The notes under the pieces: generated by a model
The model's database searches: none
Told to the model about the DNA's origin: nothing
The model's input: the letters and a program-made list of their open reading frames with translations, nothing else
Assembly (NCBI GenBank): GCA_965652925.1
Contig: CBFGXL010000003.1
Span: forward strand, 9 to 64,008
Length of the DNA: 64,000 bases
Origin: an uncultured bacterium
Lineage (GTDB): Bacteria; Patescibacteriota; Minisyncoccia; Phycocordibacterales; UBA918
Direction: 5' to 3'
Part shown: piece by piece, positions 35,863 through 46,103 of the stretch
How the letters are laid out: the number at the start of each line of letters is the position of its first letter
Position numbering within the stretch: position 1 is the first letter of the stretch
Position numbers and translations under genes: made by a program

Positions 35863-36459
35863 TTGCGCATGTACCGCATCTTGCCACTTTTGTGCGATGC
35901 CGGTTTAGGCATCCTCGTTTTCATTGTCGTGTCGCGCGTGTATGGTGTGGATGAACCGCTTTGGATGTTTTCCATCCTCTGCATCTTCCTGCCAGATCTG
36001 GACTCTCTTTCGCAACTGCGTTCCAAAGGCTATGTGGCTGCGAGTGCAGAGGATCCAATTGACCACCGGGAGTTCCTGCACAAGCCGATTTTTTGGCTCG
36101 TGCCAGCGCTTCTTGTGTGGATCGGCTTTGGATATCCCGGCGCACTGCTGTTCTTTCTGTTCCTTGCTCACTTTCTCCATGATTCGGTGCTTGTGGGCTG
36201 GGGCGTTCCCTGGCTTTCGCCTTGGAACCGCACCCGCATCAAGTTCTTTGTCGATCAGTCGAACCATGAATCGCTGCGCAGAGAAGACTGGGTGCGTACG
36301 TGGGATCCCCATGAACTCACTAAAAAAATACAGCAGCATGGCAATGAGCATTGGATACAGGATATCTATCTTCGACTCACGCCTGCGTCAGTCATTGAGT
36401 ACTCCATCTTTAGCATAGGGGTGCTCGTGCTGATCCTGACCCTCTTCACATCCGTGTGA
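35863..36459 (+). CDS. Hypothetical membrane protein (possible membrane-bound metal-dependent hydrolase, DUF457/YdjM-like)
   Basis: Four TM helices; His/Asp-containing motifs LPDLD and HFLHDSVL. Confidence 0.3.
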   Translation: MRMYRILPLLCDAGLGILVFIVVSRVYGVDEPLWMFSILCIFLPDLDSLSQLRSKGYVAASAEDPIDHREFLHKPIFWLVPALLVWIGFGYPGALLFFLFLAHFLHDSVLVGWGVPWLSPWNRTRIKFFVDQSNHESLRREDWVRTWDPHELTKKIQQHGNEHWIQDIYLRLTPASVIEYSIFSIGVLVLILTLFTSV

Positions 36460-36560
36460 GGAGGGTTCTTTGTTATTGGGTATACTAAATGGATGTCACA
36501 ATGGCCAACACACAAGATTCACGACGCACTCTCTGAGCGAACAAGAAAACGGATGAGCAT

Positions 36561-37808
36561 ATGAAAAAAACACAAAAAGCTAACGAATCTAAAAAGTTCC
36601 CTGATGGTTTTTTCTGGGGAGCGGCCACAGCCTCGTACCAGGTTGAAGGCTACAATGAGAATTGTGACTGGGCACTTGCTGCACGTTCGGGAAAGGTTCC
36701 TCAGGCGGGCCGACTTGCAGATCACTATCATCGCTATGAAGAGGATTTTGATATCGCCAAGAAACTCGGGCATACCGCACATCGTTTTTCTATTGAATGG
36801 GGCAGGATCGAACCAAAAGAAGGAGTATTCGATCAAGATGAAATAGAGCACTACAAGCAAGTTTTGCGCGCCCTTAAAAAAAGAAACATTACTCCATTTA
36901 TTACACTGTGGCACTTCACCCTTCCGGTATGGCTCGCACAGTCGGGAGGATTTGAACGGCATGATATACCGGAGATATTTGCACGTTATTGTGCAAAACT
37001 TGTCTCGGAGTTTGGCGATCTGTGCGTGTATTACTCGACTATAAACGAGCCGAACGTATACGCCACACACTGTTACTTGTACGGCGCGTGGCCGCCATTT
37101 AAACGCGCTTCAATTTTGTGGAAGAAGATAGGCAAGGAAGATGGCACCTCTGAACGCACTGGTGCTGTTGCCTCCTTTTGGAATATTTTAGCGTATCTTC
37201 GGGTGGTCAATAACCTCGCGCGCGCTCACAATGCAGCTTATGATGCTATAAAGAAAATCAATCCTCAGGCACAGGTGAGTGTGGTAAAGCACGTGCACCA
37301 TTTTGATACCAATCGCAAACTGCTAAACCGGGTGCGTGCAAAGCTCATGACATATTTCCAAACCTATGCCTTCATGAATAAAGTACAGCATCACTTGGAT
37401 ATGATCGGTCTGAACTACTATCGTCATACAAAATATGGCGATAATCTCAACTATCTTTTGACCGACATGAACTGGAACATTCATCCCAATGGGATATATG
37501 GTGCACTTATGATACTGCACCGTTATAAGAAGCCAATCATAATTGCAGAAGCAGGCATAGCAGACCGCAGTGATATGTTTCGTGCTCATTATATCCAACT
37601 GCAGGTGAGTGCTGTACACAAAGCTATTGAAGACGGCGTTGATGTCCGTGGCCACATGTACTGGTCACTCCTTGATAACTACGAGTGGGCTCTTGGCATT
37701 GAAAAACGTTTTGGTCTTGTGGAAATCGACTACCAGACACTTAAGCGCACGATTCGTCCTTCTGCACACTACTACAAGAAAATCATAGAAAAGAATGCAA
37801 TACTGTAG
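36561..37808 (+). CDS. Glycoside hydrolase family 1 beta-glucosidase-like
   Basis: N-terminal FPDGFFWGAATASYQVEG; acid/base NEP motif TINEPNVYA; nucleophile region IIIAEAGIAD, where the canonical form is I(T/V)ENG. Confidence 0.8.
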   Translation: MKKTQKANESKKFPDGFFWGAATASYQVEGYNENCDWALAARSGKVPQAGRLADHYHRYEEDFDIAKKLGHTAHRFSIEWGRIEPKEGVFDQDEIEHYKQVLRALKKRNITPFITLWHFTLPVWLAQSGGFERHDIPEIFARYCAKLVSEFGDLCVYYSTINEPNVYATHCYLYGAWPPFKRASILWKKIGKEDGTSERTGAVASFWNILAYLRVVNNLARAHNAAYDAIKKINPQAQVSVVKHVHHFDTNRKLLNRVRAKLMTYFQTYAFMNKVQHHLDMIGLNYYRHTKYGDNLNYLLTDMNWNIHPNGIYGALMILHRYKKPIIIAEAGIADRSDMFRAHYIQLQVSAVHKAIEDGVDVRGHMYWSLLDNYEWALGIEKRFGLVEIDYQTLKRTIRPSAHYYKKIIEKNAIL

Positions 37809-37817
37809 GCATTACGT

Positions 37818-38750
37818 ATGGGTTGGATATTGCTCGCTACTGCTGGACAGTTCATCAATGCGATCGTAGCGATTCTTGATAAGTATATCGTCACGGACAA
37901 AAAAGCATTGCCGCGGCCTTTTGTGTATGCTTTTTACTCCTGTTTGGCAACAGGTTTTTGGGTAGTTATATTCATTGCCGGGTTCATACCTGGTTTGAGT
38001 TCACTCGGAGTGCCCAGTTTTTCAAATGTACAGATGCCGAGTATAGAAGTCGTGGCGATGTCGTTCTTTGCAGCGTATACCTTCTTCATGGCACTTGTTT
38101 CGATGTATGACTCATTAAAAAGCGCCGATGCATCTGACATTATGCCAGCTGTCGGGGCGATTGCTGCCATCTCTTCATTTGGTTTATCGTATGCTTTTTT
38201 GGGTTCTACACTGACTGCAAATTTCATCTGGGGCGTAGCTTTCTTAAGTGTCGGTACATTTCTTCTTTCCAAAGTTCGCTTTACCCGTCACATAGTATTG
38301 CAGATACTTCACAGCGGTCTATTTTTTGCGCTCCACTACATAGCAATGAAAGGCCTATTCACAGAGACCAGTTTCGATGATGGATTCTTTTGGTCGCGCC
38401 TGGCACTGGTGCTGTTTGCTCTCTCTTTGCTCCTGGTTCCGAGCTATTATGAAAAGATCACACAGCAGACCAAAAGCACAAGCAAAAAAACAGGTCTGCT
38501 CGTTTTGTTTACGAAGATACTTGCGGGTATCGCAGCATTTATGCTCTTAAAAGCAACCGATTGGGGCGATGTTACTGTAGTGCAGGCACTTGATGGTCTT
38601 AAATTTGTATTTATTATCCTGATCAGTCTTTTATTTGGACGATTCATACCTCATGAGGCAGGCGAAAATAATTTTGGATTCAAGACAGTTATCCGAAAAT
38701 GCCTGTACGTGGCAATAATAGCTGTTGGCTTCGTGATACTATTTATTTAA
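37818..38750 (+). CDS. Polytopic membrane protein (transporter-like, about 10 TM)
   Basis: Hydrophobicity pattern only. Confidence 0.35.
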   Translation: MGWILLATAGQFINAIVAILDKYIVTDKKALPRPFVYAFYSCLATGFWVVIFIAGFIPGLSSLGVPSFSNVQMPSIEVVAMSFFAAYTFFMALVSMYDSLKSADASDIMPAVGAIAAISSFGLSYAFLGSTLTANFIWGVAFLSVGTFLLSKVRFTRHIVLQILHSGLFFALHYIAMKGLFTETSFDDGFFWSRLALVLFALSLLLVPSYYEKITQQTKSTSKKTGLLVLFTKILAGIAAFMLLKATDWGDVTVVQALDGLKFVFIILISLLFGRFIPHEAGENNFGFKTVIRKCLYVAIIAVGFVILFI

Positions 38751-39748
38751 TGAGTCTTTTGCGAAAAGTGCTGCTCGGGCTCCTTCTTTTGTTCGTATTG
38801 CTGGCGTTTTTGCTGTTCCTCATGGCGAGAAAAGAGAAACCGCAGGAGATCATATACGGAATGTCGTTCAATACAGTGTACGCACGCGAACTAGGGCTGG
38901 ATTGGAAAGAAGTTTACGAGGCAATACTCGGCGATTTGGGGGTCCGACACCTTCGGCTTGCAGCACATTGGCCGATGGTCGAGCCAATTGATGATATCTA
39001 TAACTTCACAGAACTTGATTATCAAATCCGGCGCGCCGAAGAGGAAGGAGCAGAGGTCATTTTAGCTGTGGGAAGACGACTGCCACGCTGGCCTGAATGT
39101 CATGTACCAAAGTGGGCGGAGTCACTGACGTGGGAAGAACAACAGGAGGAAATACTGCAGTACAGTACCGTGGTCATTAATCGCTATAAGGACAGTGAAG
39201 CAATCGCCTATTGGCAGATTGAGAACGAGCCCTACCTTGAGGTCTTTGCCAAGGATCATTGCGGGGAGTTTGATGAGGCCTTTTTCGAACGGGAAGTTGC
39301 ACATTTCAGAAGCCTTGATGATTCCCGTCCATTCTTGATAACTGACAGCGGCAATATGGGAACATGGGCAGGTCCTTACAAACATGGCGATGTTTTTGGG
39401 ACAAGTGTTTACATTCACTTCTGGAATCCTGAGCTGGGGCAGTTCAGGACAGTTCTTCCTCCTTGGGCTTATCGTGTGAAAGAGACATTGATGCAACTTA
39501 TGTATGGTGAAAAACCCACATTCCTCATTGAATTGTCTGCTGAACCATGGCTGCTTGAACCAATCACTGATGTTGACATTGAAACTCAATATTCGCGCAT
39601 GGATATTGATAAGATAGATGATATCCTTGCATATGCAGAAGCTACTCGTTTCGAACGGCAATATCTCTGGGGAGCTGAATGGTGGTATTGGCTGAAAGAA
39701 AGAGGGCATTCAGAAATATGGGAGCGGGGGGAAACACTTTTCAGGTAA
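38750..39748 (+). CDS. Membrane-anchored putative glycoside hydrolase (TIM-barrel GH-like)
   Basis: N-terminal anchor; conserved acidic and aromatic motifs (HWPMVEP, WQIENEP, LIELSAEPW) reminiscent of clan GH-A hydrolases with NEP and E nucleophile. Start at ATG overlapping the upstream stop (TAATG). Confidence 0.4.
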   Translation: MSLLRKVLLGLLLLFVLLAFLLFLMARKEKPQEIIYGMSFNTVYARELGLDWKEVYEAILGDLGVRHLRLAAHWPMVEPIDDIYNFTELDYQIRRAEEEGAEVILAVGRRLPRWPECHVPKWAESLTWEEQQEEILQYSTVVINRYKDSEAIAYWQIENEPYLEVFAKDHCGEFDEAFFEREVAHFRSLDDSRPFLITDSGNMGTWAGPYKHGDVFGTSVYIHFWNPELGQFRTVLPPWAYRVKETLMQLMYGEKPTFLIELSAEPWLLEPITDVDIETQYSRMDIDKIDDILAYAEATRFERQYLWGAEWWYWLKERGHSEIWERGETLFR

Positions 39749-39773
39749 ACATCCCCAATGCAATTAGAACACT

Positions 39774-40055
39774 ATGGAAAAGGACATTACACAATCGACA
39801 CTCGATACAGTGGAAACGACAATCAAAACGGTTGAACGTACCGTTGAGTCGTATGCCAAACCGATGCGGAAAAATATTTTGAAACGTTTTCCCGTGTTCT
39901 TCAGTCTTTTCGTTACCTTTGGTGTTGCAGCTGTATTCTTTGGCTTTGAACGCCTTCTGGAGGATATTGCGTTTCTCAATGAGCGACCATTCTTTATCCT
40001 TGTGGTAGGGATCGCCGTGCTTGCTATCACAGGGACACTCTATAAAAAATTATAA
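39774..40055 (+). CDS. Hypothetical small membrane protein
   Basis: Two TM helices. Confidence 0.3.
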   Translation: MEKDITQSTLDTVETTIKTVERTVESYAKPMRKNILKRFPVFFSLFVTFGVAAVFFGFERLLEDIAFLNERPFFILVVGIAVLAITGTLYKKL

Positions 40056-40375
40056 TGACACTCTTTCAATTCATTTTCTCATTTCTGTATGTTCGCAACT
40101 GGTATTCAGGGGAACTTGAGCTGTCATTGCCGCGTGTGGCCCTGTTTTCAGCAATGCTTTTTTTGATTCTTCTCGGGATCGCCATTGCCAGTGTCCTCCA
40201 AACACCTGTTGAGTATGTCCGCTGATCAAAAACTTTTTCTTTTGATAAGTGCATTGATTTTATGCCTTTCACTTTGTCTGGTTTTTGGTACCTATATCCT
40301 CGTTCAGTCCTTCTCCGTACAGGAGGATGAGGTTGTGGACATAATGCTGAAAAAAGCGCAAAATGAATTAATTGT

Positions 40376-41491
40376 ATGAAAAAGATAGCTCAAATAGTCT
40401 TATTGTTGGCTATATTCCCATTATGCGCACAGGCAGAAACGGTATTGCGTATTGGTGAGAATGTGTCCGTTGACGCTGATCAGATCGTAGAAGGGGATTA
40501 TTATGTTTCAGTAGGTCCGTTCGGGGACACCGCAATGTCCGGTTCTGTTAAGGGTGATATGTATGCATTTGGCGGTTCTGTGGATGCTAACGGTTCAATA
40601 GGAAGCGACTTGACTATTGTTGGAGGAACCACTCAGCTTCATGCGACGGTAACTGACGATGTGCGCATTATCGCTGGCGAGGCCACTATTGCTGATCATG
40701 TGGGGGGAGATCTCTTCGTGATCGGTGGCGTACTCCATGTGCTTTCATCCGCAACCATTGATGGAGATGTTATTTTCTTTGGAGGAGACGCTGAGATAAA
40801 CGGCATGGTCAAGGGTTCCATACTCGGTACCTCTGAACGTATCCGCATTGATGCCAATGTCGGTGGCAATGTTGATATTAAAACAGCAACAACGCTTACT
40901 CTTGGGGAGAAGGCCGCTATTGCCGGCTCGGTAAAATATGCAAGCCCTGAACCGTTGGTCCGAGCACAAAACGCGAGCATTGAAGGTGAGGTTGTGCAGA
41001 ATAAATACTCATCAGTTTCCTCTACCGAACCGCAAAATCTACGCACGGTGCTCATCCCACTTTTCGTTGTGCTTTTTGCAAATTTGACCCTGTACCTTTT
41101 GTTCCGCAAGGAGCTGCAACAGCTGGTGCAGTATCTTCTGTTGCATCCGCTTAAAAGTGCAGCAGTAGGGTTGAGTATTGCAGTGTTGGGTCCAGTACTG
41201 TCTATTATTCTTATACTCACAGTTCTCGGTGCTGTTGTTGGTGTAGCCGGATTATTCTTTGTACTGCTTATGTATGCGCTTTCGCTTTCGCTCTGCGGCG
41301 TTGTCCTTGGGGCATTTATATCGCGCCTTGTGACAAAAAAGATCCAAGTTTCTCTTCTGTGGATTATAGTGGGCACGTGTGTTTTATACGCTCTTCTTTA
41401 TATCCCTATTGCAGGCACGCTTTTGTACATGACCCTTTTTGTGATGGCGCTTGGAACTATCGCTCTTTCTCTATACAGACTCATCTCTTAA
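40376..41491 (+). CDS. Membrane protein with bactofilin-like beta-helical repeat domain
   Basis: Signal peptide; about 200 aa of degenerate repeats (G.V.GD.., e.g. SGSVKGDMYAFGGSVDANGSIGSDLTIVGG..) typical of bactofilin/DUF4097-type beta-helices; C-terminal 4-TM region. Confidence 0.35.
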   Translation: MKKIAQIVLLLAIFPLCAQAETVLRIGENVSVDADQIVEGDYYVSVGPFGDTAMSGSVKGDMYAFGGSVDANGSIGSDLTIVGGTTQLHATVTDDVRIIAGEATIADHVGGDLFVIGGVLHVLSSATIDGDVIFFGGDAEINGMVKGSILGTSERIRIDANVGGNVDIKTATTLTLGEKAAIAGSVKYASPEPLVRAQNASIEGEVVQNKYSSVSSTEPQNLRTVLIPLFVVLFANLTLYLLFRKELQQLVQYLLLHPLKSAAVGLSIAVLGPVLSIILILTVLGAVVGVAGLFFVLLMYALSLSLCGVVLGAFISRLVTKKIQVSLLWIIVGTCVLYALLYIPIAGTLLYMTLFVMALGTIALSLYRLIS

Positions 41492-41492
41492 G

Positions 41493-42161
41493 ATGACGGA
41501 ATCAAAGAAAAAGGAAAGAGTGGCTCGTGTAAAGAAGCTCAATGCCATCCTCACAAAACTGTATCCTGAAGCAAGGATTGCACTCAATTACTCGAACGAT
41601 TTTGAATGCCTCGTTGCTGTTGAGCTTTCTGCTCAGTGTACTGATAAGCGCGTTAATCTCGTCACAAGGGATCTTTTTCTAAAATATAAAACAATTGATG
41701 ATTACGCAGAAGCTACACAGTCTGAACTGGAGAAAGACATATTTGCCTGCGGCTTTTATCGAAACAAGGCACGCAATATCATTGCCGCAGCGAAGATGGT
41801 GCGGGATGAGTTCAATGGTGAACTCCCTCATACCCTTGCAGAGATGACGACCATTCCTGGGGCAGCACGTAAGACGGCTAACGTCGTTCTTTCTTCGCTC
41901 TACGACATTCATGAAGGAATCGCCGTGGATACGCACGTACGCCGGTTTGCTATCAGGTTTGATCTGAGCGATTTCACGGATCCGACCCGTATTGAGCGAG
42001 ATTTGATGGAGATCATGCCGCGCTCAGAATGGTGGGGGTTCAACCACAGACTGGTGCATTATGGCAGGGAAATCTGTAAGGCTCATAGGCATGACTGTTT
42101 GGAACATCCGCTTACGCATGTCTATCCTGAAGCAAATGAAATATGGCCTAAAAGCAAGTGA
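41493..42161 (+). CDS. nth: Endonuclease III-like HhH-GPD DNA glycosylase with atypical C-terminal metal site
   Basis: HhH-GPD core (LVAVELSAQCTD, helix-hairpin-helix with IPGAARKTANVVL, catalytic region GIAVDTHVRR). The C-terminus has C-x6-C-x2-H-x3-H (CKAHRHDCLEHPLTH) where the [4Fe-4S] loop is normally C-x6-C-x2-C-x5-C. Confidence 0.75.
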   Translation: MTESKKKERVARVKKLNAILTKLYPEARIALNYSNDFECLVAVELSAQCTDKRVNLVTRDLFLKYKTIDDYAEATQSELEKDIFACGFYRNKARNIIAAAKMVRDEFNGELPHTLAEMTTIPGAARKTANVVLSSLYDIHEGIAVDTHVRRFAIRFDLSDFTDPTRIERDLMEIMPRSEWWGFNHRLVHYGREICKAHRHDCLEHPLTHVYPEANEIWPKSK

Positions 42162-42164
42162 TTA

Positions 42165-43040
42165 TTGTTCAATCGCTACTTCTCACATCTCTCAAATGGT
42201 ATAGTTATCTATATGCGGGTATTCTTGGCAGTCATTGAGGACCTTTACCATTTTGCAACAGAACCCCTTTTCTCATTGTTCCAGAACGACAAAAATTCTC
42301 TCAACGTGTTGCCGGCTCGAACACGAACACCACAAATACCTTTGCTGCCCGGCTTTGATGCACATGCGTACGACTCGGCACGTACGCATGACCATTCCTC
42401 AGGAGTAATATATTTTATTGGAGAGGAGGGCGTTCAGCTCTATGCTGACCCGGTGGTGGCATTTGATGTTGTTATCATGGATATCCCGTACGGAGAAGAA
42501 GTGAGATTGCAAAAACTTGGCGGTCGATGGGGGAACGTTCGTTATAAAGAAACTGAGGGTTGGGTATTCAAGGACGTGCTCCGCGATCAGTCGCGTGATG
42601 TGTCACCGATTCTTGAAGAGGGGATCGTGTACGATGCACAAAATGAAGAGACCAAAAAACTTCGTTTGCAGATACACGATATATTCTGCGGTGGCAAAGC
42701 ATCTTTATTACTCACTGATGCGGAGTATGTGACCTACAGATTACACAAGAAAGGCCATTCCATTGTGTGGAGTGCAGAACGTCCGCGTACACCTGGGACA
42801 TGGCAGAAGATACTACGCGGCAACAACAGTGTTCATCTGGGTATTCATCCCAAAACAGACTCCGTTATGGAATACAGTATAGATGATGTTGGGTTTGTTG
42901 CGTTTGTCGAGGCGGTGTTCCCTGATGATTCGATCAAAGTAAGCGGTATCGGTCTTTCCGAAGATGGCATGTACAGTGAGCGAATGCTCAGTAAAGATGA
43001 GTGGAAGGAACTGCGGCCCGTTTTTATCGAGGTTTATTAA
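42165..43040 (+). CDS. Hypothetical protein
   Basis: Coding-like ORF tightly spaced after nth; no motif recognised. Confidence 0.35.
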   Translation: MFNRYFSHLSNGIVIYMRVFLAVIEDLYHFATEPLFSLFQNDKNSLNVLPARTRTPQIPLLPGFDAHAYDSARTHDHSSGVIYFIGEEGVQLYADPVVAFDVVIMDIPYGEEVRLQKLGGRWGNVRYKETEGWVFKDVLRDQSRDVSPILEEGIVYDAQNEETKKLRLQIHDIFCGGKASLLLTDAEYVTYRLHKKGHSIVWSAERPRTPGTWQKILRGNNSVHLGIHPKTDSVMEYSIDDVGFVAFVEAVFPDDSIKVSGIGLSEDGMYSERMLSKDEWKELRPVFIEVY

Positions 43041-43044
43041 TGAT

Positions 43045-43731
43045 ATGAAACAAAAAGTTGCATTTTTTGATATTGATGGAACGGTCTTTCGATCAAGTTT
43101 ACTTATTGAACTTGTTGAGAAGCTCATCGATGAAGGGGTATTCCCAACTCAGACAAAGGATGGATATGTCGACACATACCGAAAATGGCGTGACCGCGAG
43201 GGGTCTTATGGAGATTACATCAAGGCAGTGGTAGCGGCGTACATGGAAAACATCAAAGGAGTACATTATGGGGAACTTGCTGATATCGGCAAGATCGTCA
43301 TAGCGGAACAGAGCAAGCATGTGTATCGGTACACGCGCGATCTTATCCGTGATCTTAAGCGTCAGGGGTATTATATTGTTGCTATATCACAGTCCCCCAA
43401 GACTATTCTTGATGAATTTTGCAGAGCGTATGGATTTGATAAGGTGTATGGACGCATCTATGAGATCGGTCCCCAGGATCGCTTCACTGGTGAGATGACC
43501 GATGTGCATTTGGTGGAGAATAAGGCAAATATCATAGCCCGGGTGGTGGAGAAAGAGGATGTGACGCTTGAAGGCTCGGTGGGAATAGGAGACACTGAAG
43601 GTGACATACCCCTTCTGGAAAATGTAGAAAAGCCTATTTGTTTCAACCCAAATCTTGCACTGTACACACATGCACAACGTATGGGCTGGGCTGTTGTGGT
43701 TGAGCGCAAAGATGTGATCTATACATTATAA
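43045..43731 (+). CDS. HAD-superfamily hydrolase (subfamily IB, phosphoserine-phosphatase-like)
   Basis: Motif I FFDIDGTV; motif III K..; motif IV GIGDTEGD. Start at the internal ATG (MKQKV). Confidence 0.7.
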   Translation: MKQKVAFFDIDGTVFRSSLLIELVEKLIDEGVFPTQTKDGYVDTYRKWRDREGSYGDYIKAVVAAYMENIKGVHYGELADIGKIVIAEQSKHVYRYTRDLIRDLKRQGYYIVAISQSPKTILDEFCRAYGFDKVYGRIYEIGPQDRFTGEMTDVHLVENKANIIARVVEKEDVTLEGSVGIGDTEGDIPLLENVEKPICFNPNLALYTHAQRMGWAVVVERKDVIYTL

Positions 43732-43739
43732 TAAGGGTC

Positions 43740-43976
43740 ATGAAACGTTTATATCGAAGCAGAACTAATAAAATACTCGGCGGCGTGCTTGCAGGCTTGG
43801 CTGAATACTTCAACCAGGACCCGACACTCTGGCGCTTGGGATTCATTGTGGTGTTGTTTATTACCGGGCTTATGCCGTTTATGCTTGTGTATCTCATTGC
43901 ATGGATCATCATTCCTGAAAGTCCGCTTATAGAACCGGTCCAAAAAGGAAACTACACAGTATCTGAAGATGAATAA
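43740..43976 (+). CDS. PspC-domain membrane protein
   Basis: RSRTNKILGGVLAGLAEYFNQDPTLWRLGFIVVLF is the canonical PspC-domain pattern. Confidence 0.7.
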   Translation: MKRLYRSRTNKILGGVLAGLAEYFNQDPTLWRLGFIVVLFITGLMPFMLVYLIAWIIIPESPLIEPVQKGNYTVSEDE

Positions 43977-44781
43977 AAAAGAGGCAGTGTTCGTCCGTGT
44001 CGTATGGGATTTCTTCACGAAAGAGGGGAGGCACACGCTTCCATGGAGAAAGACTAGCAATCCGTACCGGATTCTTGTGTCCGAAATAATGCTGCAGCAA
44101 ACACAGGTGGACCGGGTGCTGCCAAAATATAAGCAGTTTATACAGCGCTTCCCGACGGTTGATATCTTGGCGCAGGCCTCTTTGGCGGAAGTGCTCGCTG
44201 TGTGGCAAGGGTTGGGGTACAATCGTCGAGCAAAAATGCTCCATGCGTGCGCTATAGAGATCGTTAATACACATAAGGGCAAATTTCCCCGCACAGTTTC
44301 TGAGCTCGAAGCGCTTCCTGGGGTAGGTCCCTACACTGCCGCAGCAGTTATGGCGTTTGCTTTCAATGAGCCAATTCCGCTTATTGAAACCAATGTTCGG
44401 TCAGTTTACCTGCATCATTTTTTTAAGGAGAAGACACAGGTGTCTGACAAGGAGATTCTTCCAATTATCGAACACACCATGGACAAAAAGCGTATCCGGG
44501 AATGGTACTGGGCGCTTATGGATTACGGAGCATGGATCAAAAAAACTCATGGCAATCCGAACTCCCAAAGCAGCAGCTACACGCAGCAGGGAACATTCAA
44601 AGGCAGCAATCGGCAGTTACGCGGAGAAATCATACGTCACCTTTTGCAGGGTGGGCAGACGCGTATGACGCTTGTGCGAAAACTTAAGCAATTTGAAACA
44701 GATCGGGTGGACGCACAGCTTTATCAGCTTCTTGGAGAAGAGATGATCATCAAGAAAGAAAGAAGATTTTATCTCCCTTGA
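43969..44781 (+). CDS. MutY/EndoIII-family HhH-GPD DNA glycosylase lacking Fe-S cysteines
   Basis: MutY-like N-terminal pattern W.K.GRHTLPWR..NPYRILVSEIMLQQTQV..V..Y..F; HhH (LPGVGPYTAAAVMAFAF). No Cys cluster and a short non-NUDIX C-terminus. Confidence 0.65.
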   Translation: MNKKEAVFVRVVWDFFTKEGRHTLPWRKTSNPYRILVSEIMLQQTQVDRVLPKYKQFIQRFPTVDILAQASLAEVLAVWQGLGYNRRAKMLHACAIEIVNTHKGKFPRTVSELEALPGVGPYTAAAVMAFAFNEPIPLIETNVRSVYLHHFFKEKTQVSDKEILPIIEHTMDKKRIREWYWALMDYGAWIKKTHGNPNSQSSSYTQQGTFKGSNRQLRGEIIRHLLQGGQTRMTLVRKLKQFETDRVDAQLYQLLGEEMIIKKERRFYLP

Positions 44782-46053
44782 TTACTTACTGTCTTTAAGC
44801 ACCAGGGTAAAGAAGATGCCAGGAATCATAAGTACTCCAAGCAGAATGAACATGAGGTTGAAATCCATATACAATAGCCCGATGCTTCCGATCACGGTGC
44901 CCAAAATTGATGAAAGTGGCCGCGCCATACGGAATAGACTCATTTTGTCCGTATCGCCACTTTGCGTGTGTCTGAAGAAATAGGATTCTGAGGTTGAGTC
45001 AACCAAGCTTGCACCCGTTCGAGTGAGGAATGTTGCTATCATCCACAGCACCAATGCACCTGCAGGCAAAAAAGCAAACCAGGAGACAGAAAGAGCAATG
45101 ATAAAGAAGCCAAATGCCATCATCTCCTTCTCTCCGATGTATTTGTCAGCAATTATACCCACCGGGTACTCAAAGAGAACATATGCCAATAGTCCAACGA
45201 AGAGTATGTAGCCGATCTCGGTCCATGTGAATCCTGCAACTCTTGAGAGATACAGTGGGATGTAGATAACCGTCCAAGTAAAAAATAGTTGGAGGAATAT
45301 CTGAACGCAAAAAATGCTACGGGTGACCTTGTCTTGCAGAAAGAGTGCGATCAGTTTTTTTAAGTTGAGTGGTGAATAGGAAGCATCCTGAAAGTCTTTG
45401 AAATAGAGGGTGATTATGAACAAAAAAGGAAGTAGCAAAACCGCACTCCCGATATAGACTGTCTGGAATGACTGTTGCACCCCTCCAGCTCCTGCGGGGA
45501 TAAGAATGCCGGTAATGAGGGGCGCAACCGCGGAGGCAAGGCTCAAGATAGCAAGGTAGAGGCCTCTGATGCTGCCGGTTTTCTGTTCAGATGCTCCAAC
45601 GATCCGCTCGATGAATATATCGAGGCAAAAGAGTATGAGCGGTACGCTTACAATATGGATAAGGAAGAACAAAGCAGCAAAAAAGAATGATGATGTGACT
45701 GCCATTCCTAACAGGGCAGTTATCTCAAGCAAGGTGAAAAAAACCGCAAGCCGGTAGTTGCCGAATTTCTGTAGCAAAGATGGCAAATACAGATACGGTA
45801 CAAGCGACAATACTGCCCCCATAGTAAACAGTGCGCTGATCTTCGCATCACTAAAGAATTCTCCCAAAAATGATGCATTGATATACACCACAAGCGACCA
45901 GTGGAGCGATAAGATCACCAAAGCCACATACAGTGTTTTCAGCCCATGCTCTTTCTTTCTGCTGAAATAACTGAATGTTTGGAATAGTGCTTCAAGCATA
46001 GATAGTCTTATTGTACTAGATGAAAGTATACAGGTGGATTGTATGTCGGGCAT
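44782..46053 (-). CDS. MFS-type transporter
   Basis: 12 predicted TM helices; MFS-like loop motifs. Confidence 0.65.
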   Translation of the reverse strand: MPDIQSTCILSSSTIRLSMLEALFQTFSYFSRKKEHGLKTLYVALVILSLHWSLVVYINASFLGEFFSDAKISALFTMGAVLSLVPYLYLPSLLQKFGNYRLAVFFTLLEITALLGMAVTSSFFFAALFFLIHIVSVPLILFCLDIFIERIVGASEQKTGSIRGLYLAILSLASAVAPLITGILIPAGAGGVQQSFQTVYIGSAVLLLPFLFIITLYFKDFQDASYSPLNLKKLIALFLQDKVTRSIFCVQIFLQLFFTWTVIYIPLYLSRVAGFTWTEIGYILFVGLLAYVLFEYPVGIIADKYIGEKEMMAFGFFIIALSVSWFAFLPAGALVLWMIATFLTRTGASLVDSTSESYFFRHTQSGDTDKMSLFRMARPLSSILGTVIGSIGLLYMDFNLMFILLGVLMIPGIFFTLVLKDSK

Positions 46054-46103
46054 AAGAAATGCCGGAGGAGCGTACGCTCCTCCGGCATTTCCATGTGTTT
46101 TTT

